64,000 bases of DNA from Chiloscyllium plagiosum. Taxonomy: Eukaryota. Positions 37,311 to 51,089 of this stretch are shown in pieces. The position numbers were made by a program, and so were the translations under genes. The number at the start of each line of letters is the position of its first letter. Positions within the stretch are counted from its first letter, which is position 1. The stretch is taken from assembly GCF_004010195.1 (NCBI RefSeq), contig NC_057736.1, positions 33,635,839 to 33,699,838 on the forward strand, written 5' to 3'. The notes beneath the pieces were generated by a model. That model had not been told where the DNA came from. It worked only from the letters and a program-made list of their open reading frames with translations, and did not search any database.

Positions 37311-40300
37311 TCATTCAAATCAAACCAAATCAAATCATAAATATGCAACTTTCTATTGTACCACCTACTGTGACCAAACCGATGACTCCAATTCATATGT
37401 GCTGCATTTTTTCTTTCATCTTGTAGTTTCAGCTTCTGAGCGCGAACTAACTGTTGTAACCTGTCAAAGATGGCTTCTGCATCACATCATATTGATCTGC
37501 TTCCTGTGATAGTAGAAGTACTTGATTAAGCATAAACTATTGTATTTAATTTATACTATCACAACATGCCATCCTTCTGTAGCAGAGGCCACCATTGTTG
37601 ACCACCAGACATTTCCTTAATCACATTTTTCATCTTCAGAAATTTTATTTTTCCACCATATTTAGCAGTTCTGATGAAAGGTTGTTAGCCTGAAAATTCA
37701 ATGGTTTCACTCTCTAGAAATGTAGTTCTGTTTTTCCATTTGTGTCTTAGTTTTCCAATCTTTAATGACTTTTGCATTTGTTTTAAACTTTACTTCACAA
37801 TTACTTTGCTCAGTTCCACTATTGTAACATGCCATTCAATCCCTTACAGACTATGTTTGTTTAATAAATCTGTTCAGAGATGTCAGAATACATCACTGGA
37901 GCTGGTGGGTCTTGAACTGAGGCCTCATAGCTCAGAGATAGGAATATTACATCTGCCCCACAACAGTATTTTACAGACACTAATCTCTCAGCCCCATTCA
38001 TTGCTGTGTAAACCTACACTGCTGAGATACATCTATTAGTTGGGTTTTGAATTGAGTCAAGCATGAATAATGGTAATCCATTGCATAACTATATAAACAA
38101 ACCCTCTGAGCTCAATACAATGGTGCCTTTAAAGTTGACAGTACAGATGACTATTCATTCCAAGCAGTTTGGGAATCCACAAAGATGCAATTTTAGCACA
38201 GAAACATTTGCCAGAACTATTTACTTTCAGGAACCTACTTCTAATAGCAGGTTTTATATCCCAGTCAGTAGCAAATGATTCAAGTGATTGGATTTCAGCA
38301 TTTACACACACAAAATACACCCCATTTCTATTATTTTCTTAATCAGTGAGTATTAATAGCTTGCATTACCATGTCAAGCATGTCACTGTCTTTGGGTTAA
38401 ATGCAAAATCCCACACCACAGTTTGAAAAAGGCAGGGGAGTTATTTCTTGTGCCGTCCTGATACTGAACATTCAATCAACATAATCAAAATAGATTATTG
38501 TGATCATATTTGTTTGCGTCAGTTCACTCAGTTGGCTAAACAGATTGTACAGATGGCCATTATGTAGATCAAACTAACATCAACAGCATGGGGTACAATT
38601 TCCGTTCAACTGAGGTAGGCTGCCTCTTCATCCTCGTGAAAGAAACCAGGAGAGTTTACTCTGGTTTTGTGAGCTATTGCCAGAGACTTCAAACAAGTCA
38701 TTGATCTGATGACAATTAAGTTGACCTCAGAAAACTGCAGGTGATACTTTGACCCAGGAACAAAAGTGCACTGCTAAACCATTGAGTGAGATCAAATATT
38801 GAAATTGACTGTCTCACCCATTTTGGTATATCTTATTAGTTTAGTAGCTACGCCCCTGGCGTTTACTGATTATTTAAAGTAATAAGATCACAGTGAACTG
38901 TGGCCACAATGGACAGAGTCATTCAGAAACTGGTTGGATTACTGTGGTCACTTGAATCAAAGAATTGTTGCAGCACAGAAGGAGGCCATGCAACTTATCA
39001 TGTCTGCACTGGGTCTTCAAAGAGGCATCATCACAGAGTGCTAATCTCCAGAATCTTCCTGAAAAATTGGCTACATGAAGAAAGAAACTCTACAGCAATG
39101 ATGACTCTAAATGAAAATTGTCAACATTAAGCTAGGGTGGATAAATAGACAGGGAGAAGAGAGAACAGGAGAAGAAAGGAAGAGGAGAGTAGGAAACTAA
39201 TCTGCAGGCAAAAGCACAAAGTGGGGTTTGGCTAGTCACCAGTTCCATAGAACCTACTTCACAAATGGGAGTCTTATCAGGTGGGTTACAATGAGCATCC
39301 CTGGACACTTTAAGTAAATTTCTGTTGACCGCAATTTTACTCAATAAAGAAGTTTGGGATTGGGTTTAAGGTCAAATTGTTGGGTGTTGGCATCTCATTT
39401 TGGAATTCTAGTCTTTAAGAACTAAATAATGGAAATTGAACCTGCGAACCATCAGCGACATGGAATCTAGAGTATTTGGCCACATGTCAGGAATGCACAC
39501 CAGGGAAGAGTACATTAATTCTCCCTACAACCTGCCTTTGGGCAGAAAATTCAAGATCATCATATTTTCTGCTTGTAGATGTTCACTGCCTGAAAAATAT
39601 TGTGTGGGCTGTTAAAATTTGGCATTGGACTCTCAAGGAGAAATATAAATGTAAGATTTGCTTTCTTCCAGTACTTGTGAACTTAATTTTTACTTCATGA
39701 TATTTTATAGCAATTACATAGAGAAAAATGTTCAGAAGTTTCAAGGTATAGAGCACATTAGTACCTTCAGTGTTAAGGAATGGCTCAATGGTTATTTGCT
39801 TGTAGCCAATGTGATGTTCTATTAAAACTAAACTAACCATACTTGCCTCCCCAATGTTTGTAAAGAATATTGAAGCTGAAACAGCTTTCCCAACAACGAC
39901 ATATCTCTGTAACAACATATTCAGTAAACTGTTAAGTTTCATTATGTATAAATTCGTAGGTAGCTATCCCTCTGTGCTGTGTGAAGATAGGTTTGCTAGC
40001 ACTTGCAAGCCATTTATTTTACCATAAATCATCTGTCAGACATTATTAGCCAAAAACACAGAGTGGGCCAATGGATCCACAACTGTAATGAATCTTTTTT
40101 TTGCACTCTGATTTGTTACCTATCTTAACTAGCCTATGGCAGAGAATCCATCTTACAGAGATATGCATTTTCTGATCATTTCTGTATTTTCCTATTTAGG
40201 GTTTTCATACAAATAGCACTTCACATTTTTATACCTGCTGATTTATTGTGTTATTTATAATTCTTTGACATTCATTTATGAAACCACAAGGGGTCAGTTT

Positions 40301-40402
40301 TCTCAGATGCAACATTTCATCATGATTTTACTCAGCATTTATGTTCTTAATGTTTCTATGTTACAGGTACTACATGAATACAAGTTCTTCTTGCATAGAT
40401 AT

Positions 40403-41148
40403 TTTATGAAGGTGTAGAAGTGTACTGTACCTTTAAGAAAGTTAAAAACTAACAGAATTACCTGACAGCACTAAATGTTCTGAACAAGACACAATGTAAT
40501 CTTTTGGTCCAGCAGCTAATGCAGCTGGTTGTCTGGAGACAAAAACAAATTAGAATTAGGCCAATCAATTTAAGTTATACCCCCAAAATACCAAACTCCA
40601 ATCAGATTTGAATTTAGCATTTGACAGTATTAAAAAGCCAATATATCACAATATGATGCTTTGAGGTTTAAGACCAGGAAAAATTGAACAATTGGGAAAG
40701 AACTGCCAAGCCACCAGCATATATAGACTGCCTGAAAAATAGCTCTCCTAAAGGTACTTTTATTGATCACTGACTTGTGAAACAGAAATCCCTAAGAAAA
40801 AGAAAATCTACAGAGGAAGATACCAAGAGAAGATTCAACAGCTGCCTGGTTTTGAAATATGAATTTTTGGTAAATCTTAATCGGGGGTTTTATTGGACTA
40901 ATATTGTAGAAGGGGAAGGTAGAAGGGGAAGGTAAAAGATAGATTAGAGAAAAAGGTTGCAAATAGTTGTTCGTTAATTATTCTCTGTTCTACTTTAAGA
41001 AATAAAGTTGTTCATTTTTACTTTAAACAGTTCAAAGCCACTCGCATTTTCACAGATTACAGCACAGAGTGAATTTTTCCAGTGTTGCTGGTTTAAATTA
41101 GCTGGGGTGGGGAAGGGGTTGGGGAAGGGGTTACTCTACATCATAACA
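40403..41148 (+). mobile_element. Solo LTR (~745 bp)
   Basis: Ends T(G)TTATGA...TCATAACA, where the left end lacks the G. ATAT on both flanks, CCAAT boxes and AATAAA at 41001-41006. Absent from the paralogous segment at 43290-44070. Confidence 0.75.
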
Positions 41149-41585
41149 ATATCTATCAACTATCTAATGGTAACACTGTGATATCACAGTGGCTGGAAAC
41201 CTTTAATGAATTTATACGTGGTTAAGTACATTGTTAGTGTAGTGTCTGTAATGAGGTCAGCCAGTTGGACCCTTTTCAAATTCCTTCTAACTCTGTGGAA
41301 ATTCGGCCCTAACAGTTTCTCCAGAGGCTTCATTGTTGATATCCCACTAAACTGAACGGGGCTAACTTTCATAATTACTGTTATCCATCTTCACTGACAC
41401 TGAGAAGCTAAGTTTATATTTAATGAATCGCAAACATTTCCATTATGATCAAAATACCCATAAATTGTATAGATATACTCAGTTTGTTTATTTTTATTTC
41501 AGCATTGCATAAACATAATCATTATAATGCATTACACTGCCTGAAATTTTAAAATAAAAACACAAAATATACATTTCCATTAAAA

Positions 41586-41766
41586 AAATGAGTTCGCTGT
41601 TTGGGTGTATTAATCTGGTCCAATAAGGGACCCCTGGCTGACATATAAAAAAGGGATACTGATACTCTGATAGTTGACTCTGAATGAGGTAGGAGGAAAG
41701 TCAAGGGCTGTTCACATGTAAATACAGGTAGACTTGATGACTGGCTACCAGCTCTGTGCAGTACCA
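41586..41766 (+). mobile_element. Old uninterrupted copy of the small LTR family seen at 56471-57981
   Basis: ATGAGTTC.CTG.TTGGG..TTAATCTGGTCCAAT.AGGGA.CCCTGGCTGACA.ATAAAA...GTCAAGG...ATGTAAATA aligns with the reverse complement of 57876-57945 plus 56480-56590. CCAAT at 41620-41624, TATAAAA at 41644-41650. Confidence 0.7.
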
Positions 41767-44087
41767 CAGGTTCAGTCATTACTGTGTCCATTTTACTTCC
41801 GATTTCTAAACATGCACCACTATCTAACCAAAGTCACAGAGATGGGGCAATAATGAATGGAGATGAGGGGAATGTATAATTTTTCACCTGAAAAGTCAGA
41901 AATTCTCCCAAGTCACCTCTTTCGGGGAATGTTTGCTGTGTTAACTTGTTGGGCAGCAGTAGACATTCCCTGGGATCAGGATCTCAAGGCAAGAGTTCCA
42001 CTCTCCAAGAGCTGCTGGCCGGAAAGTTATTGGCAGCTTTTCATTGCCTAGCAGTGCCACCTGAGAGTCTGCTGGCTATTGCTGGCACTACACCCCCTAA
42101 AGGACAAGGAAGGTCAATAGACCCAGACACAAGTGACTGAAAGTAAGAGGGTGTACCTTCCCTGAAACTGAGTGACATGAGCTAGTTTTAGTAGCAGATG
42201 CAGATAGCACATAAAAGCCATTAATCATGCGATAAATCTTTTGTCAGACATCGTTAGTTGAAATCACCTTTGAATGAGTGACACTCTCCCAAACCCACCC
42301 CATGACCCCGCTGAGGATCCACAAGCAACCACTGTTTTCTGGGCTTGCTTTCTGGGTTCCGTCTGGTTTAATAACTTCAGAAGCTGGATGAGATCTGAAT
42401 GAGGCATTAATTACCCAGGTGAGTGTGTGAAGAGGAAGTCTGACAGAAAGATCTTCAACAGACCTCCATTAACTACTGCCTCATTTCTGTGACTTTGGTT
42501 GGGTAACAGTACGTGTTTGGAAACCTAAAAGAAAAATGGACACACTAATGACTGAATCTGTGGTCTGATGGAAGTTAGCAAACATGGCTTATTGGAAGAG
42601 TAACTGAAACAACTCCACCAGTATCCTGTCATCAAGTCAACCTGTGATTGACTAAAAATAAGGATGGAGGCAGGACAGCAAAGGCTCACAATTCTCCGTG
42701 GGATTGATCATTCCCCATCACCAAATGCGTAACTCAGCAGAGTATTGAATTCTGTCCATACTCTGTCTTCTCGATAGCATTAAATACTGTTCCTGTACTA
42801 AACACCAGGAGGTGTATAAGACCACTACGGATTTGTTCATTCTCTAACACCCATCCAATAGCATAATTAAAGATATTCACTGGGAAAATATAAAGCGCAC
42901 ATAACCTTTAACTCTACTGAGGTTGACAAGTGGAACTTTTATTTGTTTAATTAATTTTAGCACAGACAGAAAAGAATCTTTGCTGTAATAATTTTGACTT
43001 GGTCAGGAATTTGAGGTAAGTAAAAATGCTTTTCCATTATGATTACATCTGAGAGTAGACAGGCTGTTAACATTTGGTGTCAAACTGTAACAAATGAAAA
43101 AAATGGCAGATGAATGTAAGTTTGATCTTATTACATTGCATTTTCCAAATAAATTGACGAATGCAATCTTGTAGTATATAGAACACATAATTCAGTGAGG
43201 AAGATAAAGTATGATAAATTGCTGTCTGCCTCAGTCGGTGTTTTGCACAGCATCGAACAATGTCCATACAATACAATGTGAATACCAATAATACATCTTA
43301 AATGGAAAAAAATCTGCTGTCCTGTTGAACTTAAAGGTTGTTCTAAAAGAAAAGTTAAGAACTATATTTAAGGAAAACTTCTAAAGTTTCAGCAATAGCT
43401 CAAAATTCATATTTCTAGTGTTAAAGGAATGGTTCAATAATTATTTGCTTGGAGCCTATATGATAATTTATTAAATCATACTCTCTGCCCGCTTGTTCAT
43501 AAAGGATATTGAAGGGATAACTGCATTCCTGACAATGATATATCTCTGCAGCAATTTCTTGAGCAAACTGGTTTGCTTCATTATATAGAATTTCTCAGGT
43601 AACTAACTATGCTGAGCTATGTGAAAATAGGTTTGGTAGCAGATGCAGATAGCACATAAAAGCCATTTATTTTGCTATAAATCATTTGTCAGACATTGTT
43701 AGCTGAACTCGCTGAGTGGACCAATGGATTTGCAACCGTATTTTTTTTTTAACTAGTGCTCTGCTGTCACTATATTCTAGCCAAATCATGTCAGATGGAG
43801 TATCTTGAAATTATATGATTTTTATTTTCTTCCCCTATTCCTTCCGCAGCTTTCATACAGACTGCACTCATCTTCTTCTCACTGTTGAACTGGTACAGAA
43901 ATTCATATTTCTCTGCTGTTAATTTGTTCATCTTAGGCAGACATTATCATTCATTAATGATTTTCTTTTGCAATTCTTTCAGCTATCCCCCTTACAAGGC
44001 AAGTAAGCTATTTAGCCACTTCTCATTATGGTACTCTGAGATGCACAAGCATCTGATAAGTTAATGCAATCTTTGTTTTTTTTTCTT

Positions 44088-44700
44088 ATAGAATCATAGA
44101 GTCATACAGCATGGAAACAGACCCTTCAGTCTAACTCATCCATGCTGATTAGGTTTCCCAAACTAAACTAGTTCCAGTTTCCTGCATTTAGCCCATAGCC
44201 CTCTAAACCTTTCCTAGTCATGTACCTGTCCAAATGCCTTTCAAATGTTGTAACCACCTGCATCCACCACTTCCTCTGGCAGTTCATTCCACACACAAAT
44301 CACTCTATGTGTGGAAAGGTTTTCCCTCAGGTCCCTTTCAAATCTTTCTCCTATCAGCTTAACAGTATGTCCTTTAATTTTGAACTCCCCTACCCAAGGG
44401 AAAAGATCTTTGCTATTCACATTATCATTGCCCCTCATGATTTTATAAATCTCTATAAGATCCTGCCTTAACCTCCTATGCTCCAGTGAAAGGAGTTCCA
44501 GCCTATCTCACCTCTCCTTATAACTCAAACCCTGCGGTCCTGGCAATATCCTGAAATATATTTTCTGCACTCTCTCCAATTTAATATTATCCTTCCTACA
44601 GCAGGGCAACCTGAACTGTACACAGTACTCCAGAAATGGCCTCACTAATGTCCTGCACAGCCGCAACATGATATCCCAACTCTTATACTCCATGGTCTGA
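44088..44700 (-). mobile_element. HER1/CR1 3' portion
   Basis: ORFs show LVRPFLEYCVQF, LERVQK and WNELPEEVVDAG; (AGAGTCAT)n-type tail. Confidence 0.9.
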
Positions 44701-44974
44701 ACATGAAGTATTTTGTTTTCAGAAATAGCCCCTAGCTTCCAATTGTAACCACCCTCACAGTCTAGTGAAATTAAGAATACATAATAGAATTTTGTTATTC
44801 AACCTAAAAAATAAAAAAAGACATTCGGCCTTCTCTGATCTACAATAAATATTCCATGTAAACCTGCTTTTATAAAGCATGATGACTCCATATAAAAGTC
44901 CTGGAACATCAGCTTGGTCCAAAAGGTGAGGACCCACCACAATGTCCAAATACCAAAAGGCACAGTTATTCTTC

Positions 44975-45797
44975 TCTCAGCTAGAGATAAAAGCTGGAGT
45001 TCTCTTCATGCTACAATATAAACAACAAATGCTGGAGATCACAACGGGTCAGATAGCACCTATGGAAAGAGGGCAAACTAACGTTTCAAGGCTAGATGAC
45101 TCTTCATCAGAGCTGACGTGAAGTGTGGCAGGGCAGCATTTGTGCAATAGTTTGGGGGGGTGGTGCAGTAGGGATAGTGGGTATAGGATGTTGCTGGAGT
45201 AAAGAAGTTGATAGTTCAGATAAAATGATTGGAATGTGAGAAAAGCACAACAATGGTGTGTTTCCTGCCAGGCTTGAAAAGATAGACACTGAAATAGGGG
45301 AGGGGAGAGAGGATATGACAACAAGCTAAACAAAAGGAAGGAAATGGTTCACAATTTGAAGATGTTGAACTCAATATTAAGTCCAGAAGGGTGAAAGTAT
45401 CTAGTCTGAAGATGAGATGTTGTTCTTCCAATTTGTGCTGTGATTCTCTTCCTGCTGCAAGAATGCATGAGAGACAATTTATTTTACTGAATTTGCTTTT
45501 GCCAAAGGTGTGCTTATGGGATGTTACTGAATTGAAACAGTTAATTTGTGATAGTTAACATAGTTATTATTTTATTAAGCATTTTGATAGAGTTACATTG
45601 AAGCAAATGCTTTCCTTTTAGCTTTATTTTTCTTGTATTTTAAGTGTGGTAGAAATAAAGTGTGTTTTGCTTAGTTGATAGTTTGAATAATCAAATTGCA
45701 TTTGGAATGCCTTACATTTGCCTTTAAAATAAGAAACCATTTGGGTCTGGATTATCTTCTTAATATATTTTGAGGGGGTTTGGTCTGGACCATAATG
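44975..45797 (+). mobile_element. Partial LTR related to 9418-10788, interrupted by a Penelope fragment
   Basis: TTTGCCAA.GG.GTG..TATGGGATGTT, AATAAA.T.TGTTTTGCTT and TTTTGAG.G.GT.TGG.CTGG.C.ATAA match the reverse complement of 9418-9680. Confidence 0.72.
45008..45443 (-). mobile_element. Penelope-like element 3' end: GIY-YIG endonuclease C-terminus and terminal repeat with hammerhead
   Basis: LEEQHLIFRL.T...LN motif (ORF 45216-45431), then agctCTGATGA-AGAGTCATCTAGCCTT-GAAA-CGTT-agtt. TSD TTCTCTTC at 45000-45007 and 45444-45451. Confidence 0.85.
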
Positions 45798-46404
45798 TCC
45801 TATACAAAGTTACATACTGTTTGTCTTGATAAAACAAAACTCTTTAAAATCTCTATTGCACACAGACTCCTTTAACTTTGACAACTTCAGAGAGGTGAAC
45901 AGAATGCTGTTCTCCATGGATAATAAACTATGCTGTGGCATTATATATTATCTTGTGCTGTCTTTCTAAGTGAGATCTAAGATATGCCAGGAACCAAGCC
46001 TGTGATGATGATACATTCTTGCCATGGCTGGTAAATATTTTTGGATTACCTGGTCCAGTTATGCTTTAAGCAACTAATGTAGAATATCTTATGAAAGAGA
46101 AGGACACTTCAGCACTCTGTTGTTGTCCCATCTTGATTCCAATGTGCTCTGGCTGGTTGAGATGGAAATTTGGAGCAGAAAACAAATTGAGATTCAGTGC
46201 TTGGCTTTGACTTATTTATGTTTTAGAAACATTTTATAAATGCAATTGCTTGCAAGTTTACACATAAATATCTGCATTGACCATTCTCTGTACACCCCTG
46301 AATTTGCTCACTGGCTTTCCCAGTTAATCCTAAGTCAGCTTCTAATTTTTTCTATTCGAGTGACAAATGCGTTCTCATGGTATGGAAAACCTGCCGCCTG
46401 CTTG

Positions 46405-46870
46405 CATTTTAGGAGTAAGAGTAGGCCACTCTGCTCCTCAAGCTGAGGCAGTTTGTAAAGATTAGGATCTTACTTCCATTTTCCTGTCTATTAAATAGAC
46501 ACTTTTATGAGTCAAAAATATATGGAACTCTGCCTCCACTGCCCTGTGAGGAAGAGAATCCCTTGGGCTTAGAGAAAAAGATGTTTTCTTCATCTTAGGA
46601 AATCCACTTTATTTTAAAACTATGTTCCCTAGTTCTCGTCTTTCCACATGGGGCAACATCCTTTCAGCGCCCACTTTACATCCCTACAGCATCCTACATG
46701 TTTCAGGAAGACCATTTTTTTCATTTTTGTAATTATCCAATTATTAGACGTCAATCTCATCCAAACTTTCATCATAAGAAAACCACCTTATTCCAGGAAT
46801 CAGTGTAGTTAACCATCTCTGAACTGCTTCTCATGTAATTATGTCCTTTCTTAAGTAAGGAGACCACAGA
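46405..46870 (-). mobile_element. Old CR1 3' end
   Basis: TTAGGAG.A.GAGTAGGCCA terminus; colinear with 25700-26220. Confidence 0.7.
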
Positions 46871-49800
46871 AGAGGATTAGGATTTCCCTGGTGTGCAAAC
46901 CACTGCATTCAGGTGATCATAAAGAAAGAGGTTGGAAGCAAACTGAATGAAAGAAGATGGGACCTTGAAGCAGGAATGAATCATTCAGCTCTTCCCTTCA
47001 AGCCTGCTCGTCCATTCGATAAGACTGTGGCCTTGTCTGTTACTGGTGCCAATGTGTCCTGCCTGTCTAACTCCCTCATCACCCAATGGAAGACAAAAAC
47101 ATTCTAAGATAACAAATATGAGAGTGGATGTAAGTTACTATACATTTTGTTATGGTGCAGTGAGTTTGCCAACAAGGACATGTTTGGCAGCAAAGCATTT
47201 ATCTGGGTTTTCATTTCTCTAACTGGATGCAAAGAAAATTCAGGAATGCATGAACAACAAGACAAAGAGGAATGAAGCAGGACAGAAAGACAAATAAATG
47301 GTAACAGAAGAGATGAGGGGAGAAGAGAAGGAAATTTGGACGGAAACAGAATGAAATGGATGATAAGAGAGAGAAAAGGGGATTGAAGCTTGCACTAATG
47401 AGTTGAAGGGAAGAGCAGTTGAGAGTCATATTTATGGTGGTTTGAAAATGAGTGCTAGCATGAGCATAAGGAGAGAGAGACAGGTTAATTCAAGAGCTGA
47501 CAACAGCAATTGATCAGAAGTGCTTAATTTGTAACATCAGAGAGGAAATGTTTGCAAAGATTGCTGGCAAAACACTGTCTCCAATTTCGCAGAATTGCAG
47601 TGATATTTTGTTGTAAATAGATACTGTTCTATTTTAATTCAGTGGTGAAAATCTGACATGCCTGCTGTCATGGTTGGCAAACATAATGGTAATATGGGAG
47701 TCACAGATGGCTAAGTACTTGGATTGTCCACATGTCTGACATGGCACACAAAGATATCATGGTCGTGGAAACTGTGACCACAAAATTAAGATGTACACTG
47801 TAGTAACCCATCACCTGTGCCTGTATCTCACGTTGGGAATTAACAAGAAGCAAGATTTTTCCAATCACCTTACTTTTCAACTGCCTTCGATAGTTAATTT
47901 CCACATCATCAACAAATCAGTATTAATATGCAGAAAAATGAACATGGAATTAAGGAAGAATAAGTGTGTAGGAGTACTGCCTTGCTGAACTGTGGTTATT
48001 TCATTCAACTGAAGGAGGGAATGAAACATCCAAATATTAGCTACTTCAGGCATAAAGTGCCATGGCAGGGGCGATCGATACAATTCATTACAATCTACCA
48101 ATGTGCTGCATCAATTTGAATTTCCTCGAGTTTATCCTTAAAAAAGTATTACCTTCACCAAAAACACATTTGTCTAAAATGCCAAACAGCGAACTTCCAA
48201 TTTTCTTCACACAATGGTACTGAAACCATGGCTTTTTGGTGTTTGGATGAAGTAGATGTTAATGATATTATTGAACATAGCAGATTGCAGCACCAAAGCA
48301 CGAGGATGATGGAGAATTGCAGTACACAGTAAGTGTTTGAAATACAAGCCAAAAAACACTTACCTACACTCACAGAAAAATGAATCATGGCATTACTGTG
48401 AATTTCTTACAGTAGGCCTATATTTCACTTGAAAATTTGCTGAATTCCAACAGAAACCTGCTTAATTTTTTTTGAATATGGCAGAAATAGGGAGGCAGCT
48501 GTGGGGCATTTGCTCTCTGTTCACCAAATGATGTCAGCAAGACACTCAAAATATTTTTAGCTGCTCCCGCTGATTTGCTATTCAGAATGCAGGACATCCA
48601 CTCGTGGGGCTGTTGACACTTCTGTCTGTTGTCTTATAGCTGTAGCAGCTTACTGCCACCTCATCCAGCCTAACGGTGAAATGTCATTTGTTTTGTATCT
48701 CAGAGTTGCTCAGCCTGCATTAAGCTCTCCAAAATTAATGATGTTATTTGATGTAAGAGAGGAGTCACTGTGGAGAAAGTGATGAACAGAACAGACAGTT
48801 TCCTTTCTTGTATCGGGTTACAAATACTACAGAAAATTGACCAACAGTGTTTGAAAAGTGTCCAAGGGTCAATGTCAGCAGCACTGCCCAGGGTAGAAAT
48901 ACAACAATTTTGTTGGAACTGTTAAGTTCAGCATTTCTGTCATTCTTTGGACAGCCTACAGCATGCTATTTTAGCCTGAGTACCATCAATCCTGCTCTTT
49001 TCCAGCAAAAACCTCCCCTCCATTACACATGACTACAATTGCCTTCCACACTAATACTTGCAAATTCAATATCGAATACAAATTTCAGAAATACAACTCC
49101 CTCCAACCCACACTTGTTGTTTCTTTCTCTTGGCACACAGACTACTCGGAACAAAGTCAATTATTTTCAAACTCCTGCAACAGGTCACATATTGACCCCT
49201 TCCTTCTCTTCTTGGAAGAGAGACTGGCAGACAATCCAGTGGGAAACTTCAAAACAGCAAATGTTCAATGACACTGAAAGTGCTACAATGCCTTTCTATT
49301 AGTCTGGTACTATTGCTATTAAACCTCTCGACTCACTACCAGTTCATACAGCCAGACAAAGAGGTGAGAGGGGAAAATGCATTTTTTCGTCATTTTCTCG
49401 TTCTATAGCAAAGAAATTAATAGATTCTTTGGAATAGACAGAAAGCTGCAGAGGTGCATCACAGCATGATGCATCAAGCACAATGGAGCAGGAGCAGACA
49501 GAACCTTGTGACAGGGTAAGGTTATAGATTAGCTCTGTTGGAGAAGCTAGAAATTATGGGTCCTCGTTTTTGAAAGAATTATGCTTTCTGTGCTTCAGCA
49601 ATTGTTCGATGAACTGAAGTGCCTGATTGGTAGCTATCAAAATGTTGTGCAGAAGTTCATCACCGTCACCATGGAGTTCTCGTGTCAACACTTTGTCATA
49701 ACCTTGCAGCACACAGACATTTCAATAGATATTAAGGCTGCCTTTTCCTTGCAGAAGTAAGTGCAGCAGTCTTTGCACTTCTCAGGGGTATTCATTTAGG

Positions 49801-51089
49801 GATGAAGCAGGCTACAATCATCTCCAATGCTTTGTACAGACTGGGAAAATGAATGATCATGTCCTCACTTGGATAATTGATATCCTCAAGAATGTTCTTC
49901 TACTGATTAACAGGAGTGCTAATTCTAAACCCAACCAAAGGATCAGTCTCAAAATTGCATTCAGACACAATGCACTCTGTCAGGATGGTAGCATATGTGC
50001 ATTCTTGTCACCGACTTAATCTCTGCCCAGTTTAGTGCCAGAAGCCATCTTTGCTACAACAGCCCAACAAGTGCAAACTGCCCAAAACCTTCTCAGGACT
50101 AATCCCATTGAGGTCACCACCACCTCTCCTGCCATAGTATCCTTCAATATCCTATACTGAGCTTAAGGATGAGGATGGACTACTCCATGAGGTTTTTAAT
50201 TTACTCATGGGTTTGAGAGTAGCACAGAATGTATTACAAATTCCAATAGGGCTCATGAACCAACTTTACAGGGATCACCATTGCCCACCAGCAATCAACC
50301 TCTCATTCACTGTACTGGGCTTACAGTGGATGACAGAGGAATGGCACATGGCAAGAACATCTATCAGTTGCCCAATATGAGAGGGGGGGGGGGAGGGGGG
50401 GCGGGGGGCAAAGCTGCTAGCCTGTTGAATTTTAAAGGAAACATTTTCACATGCTTGAGTGGATTATCAATCGAAAATGTTGTAATTTGGGTGAATGTAT
50501 AAACAGCAGGCAATTACACAAATGATGAATGATTTGATGAAATGTATAGCATAAGTTGTGCATATTCTTGCAGCAGACAATAAAGTGCTGCATTAAACAA
50601 TATTCTTTATGTTTTTGAATAACTCTAGGATCTATTAGTAAGAATAATTTGCTCATTTCCTTGTTCTGAATATTCAAACTGTGACATTTAGTGGGCGGTG
50701 TAGACAAACCACTTGCATTGTTACAAAATTCATGTTTATGTCGTGACACAACATCACACTTGATATTTAAGAATGTATATGCCAGCTGCGCCCATGCAAT
50801 GCAAATGGGAAAATCAAATGTGCCAAGTCACGTCACAGGCTAGTGCCACATACTTCAGGAGTCAACTCATTAGTAACATTGGCAGAAGACTAGAGCTAAG
50901 TCACTGACTCATTCTCTCACTCAGGAAAGCATATTTGACCTGGAGAAACCTAAAAGGTCTGACAGAAAGGAACATATATAATTAAAATTTGAGTAGGTCA
51001 AAAAAGGGAAATATCTAAAGGAGTTTGATAGTACTGAAACAATTGGAAATGAGCAGCTACTAGTCAGTCAATGGAAAGGATGATAGGAG

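Noticed and set aside
43525-43598. SAM-domain-like exon (SLQQFLEQTGLLHYIEFL)
   Set aside because: There is an in-frame stop just upstream and the paralogous copy has several stops in this frame.
43625-43740. Intronic snoRNA in the triplicated module
   Set aside because: No C/D boxes are shared by all copies, and the spacing between the H-like box and ACA is too short for a second hairpin.
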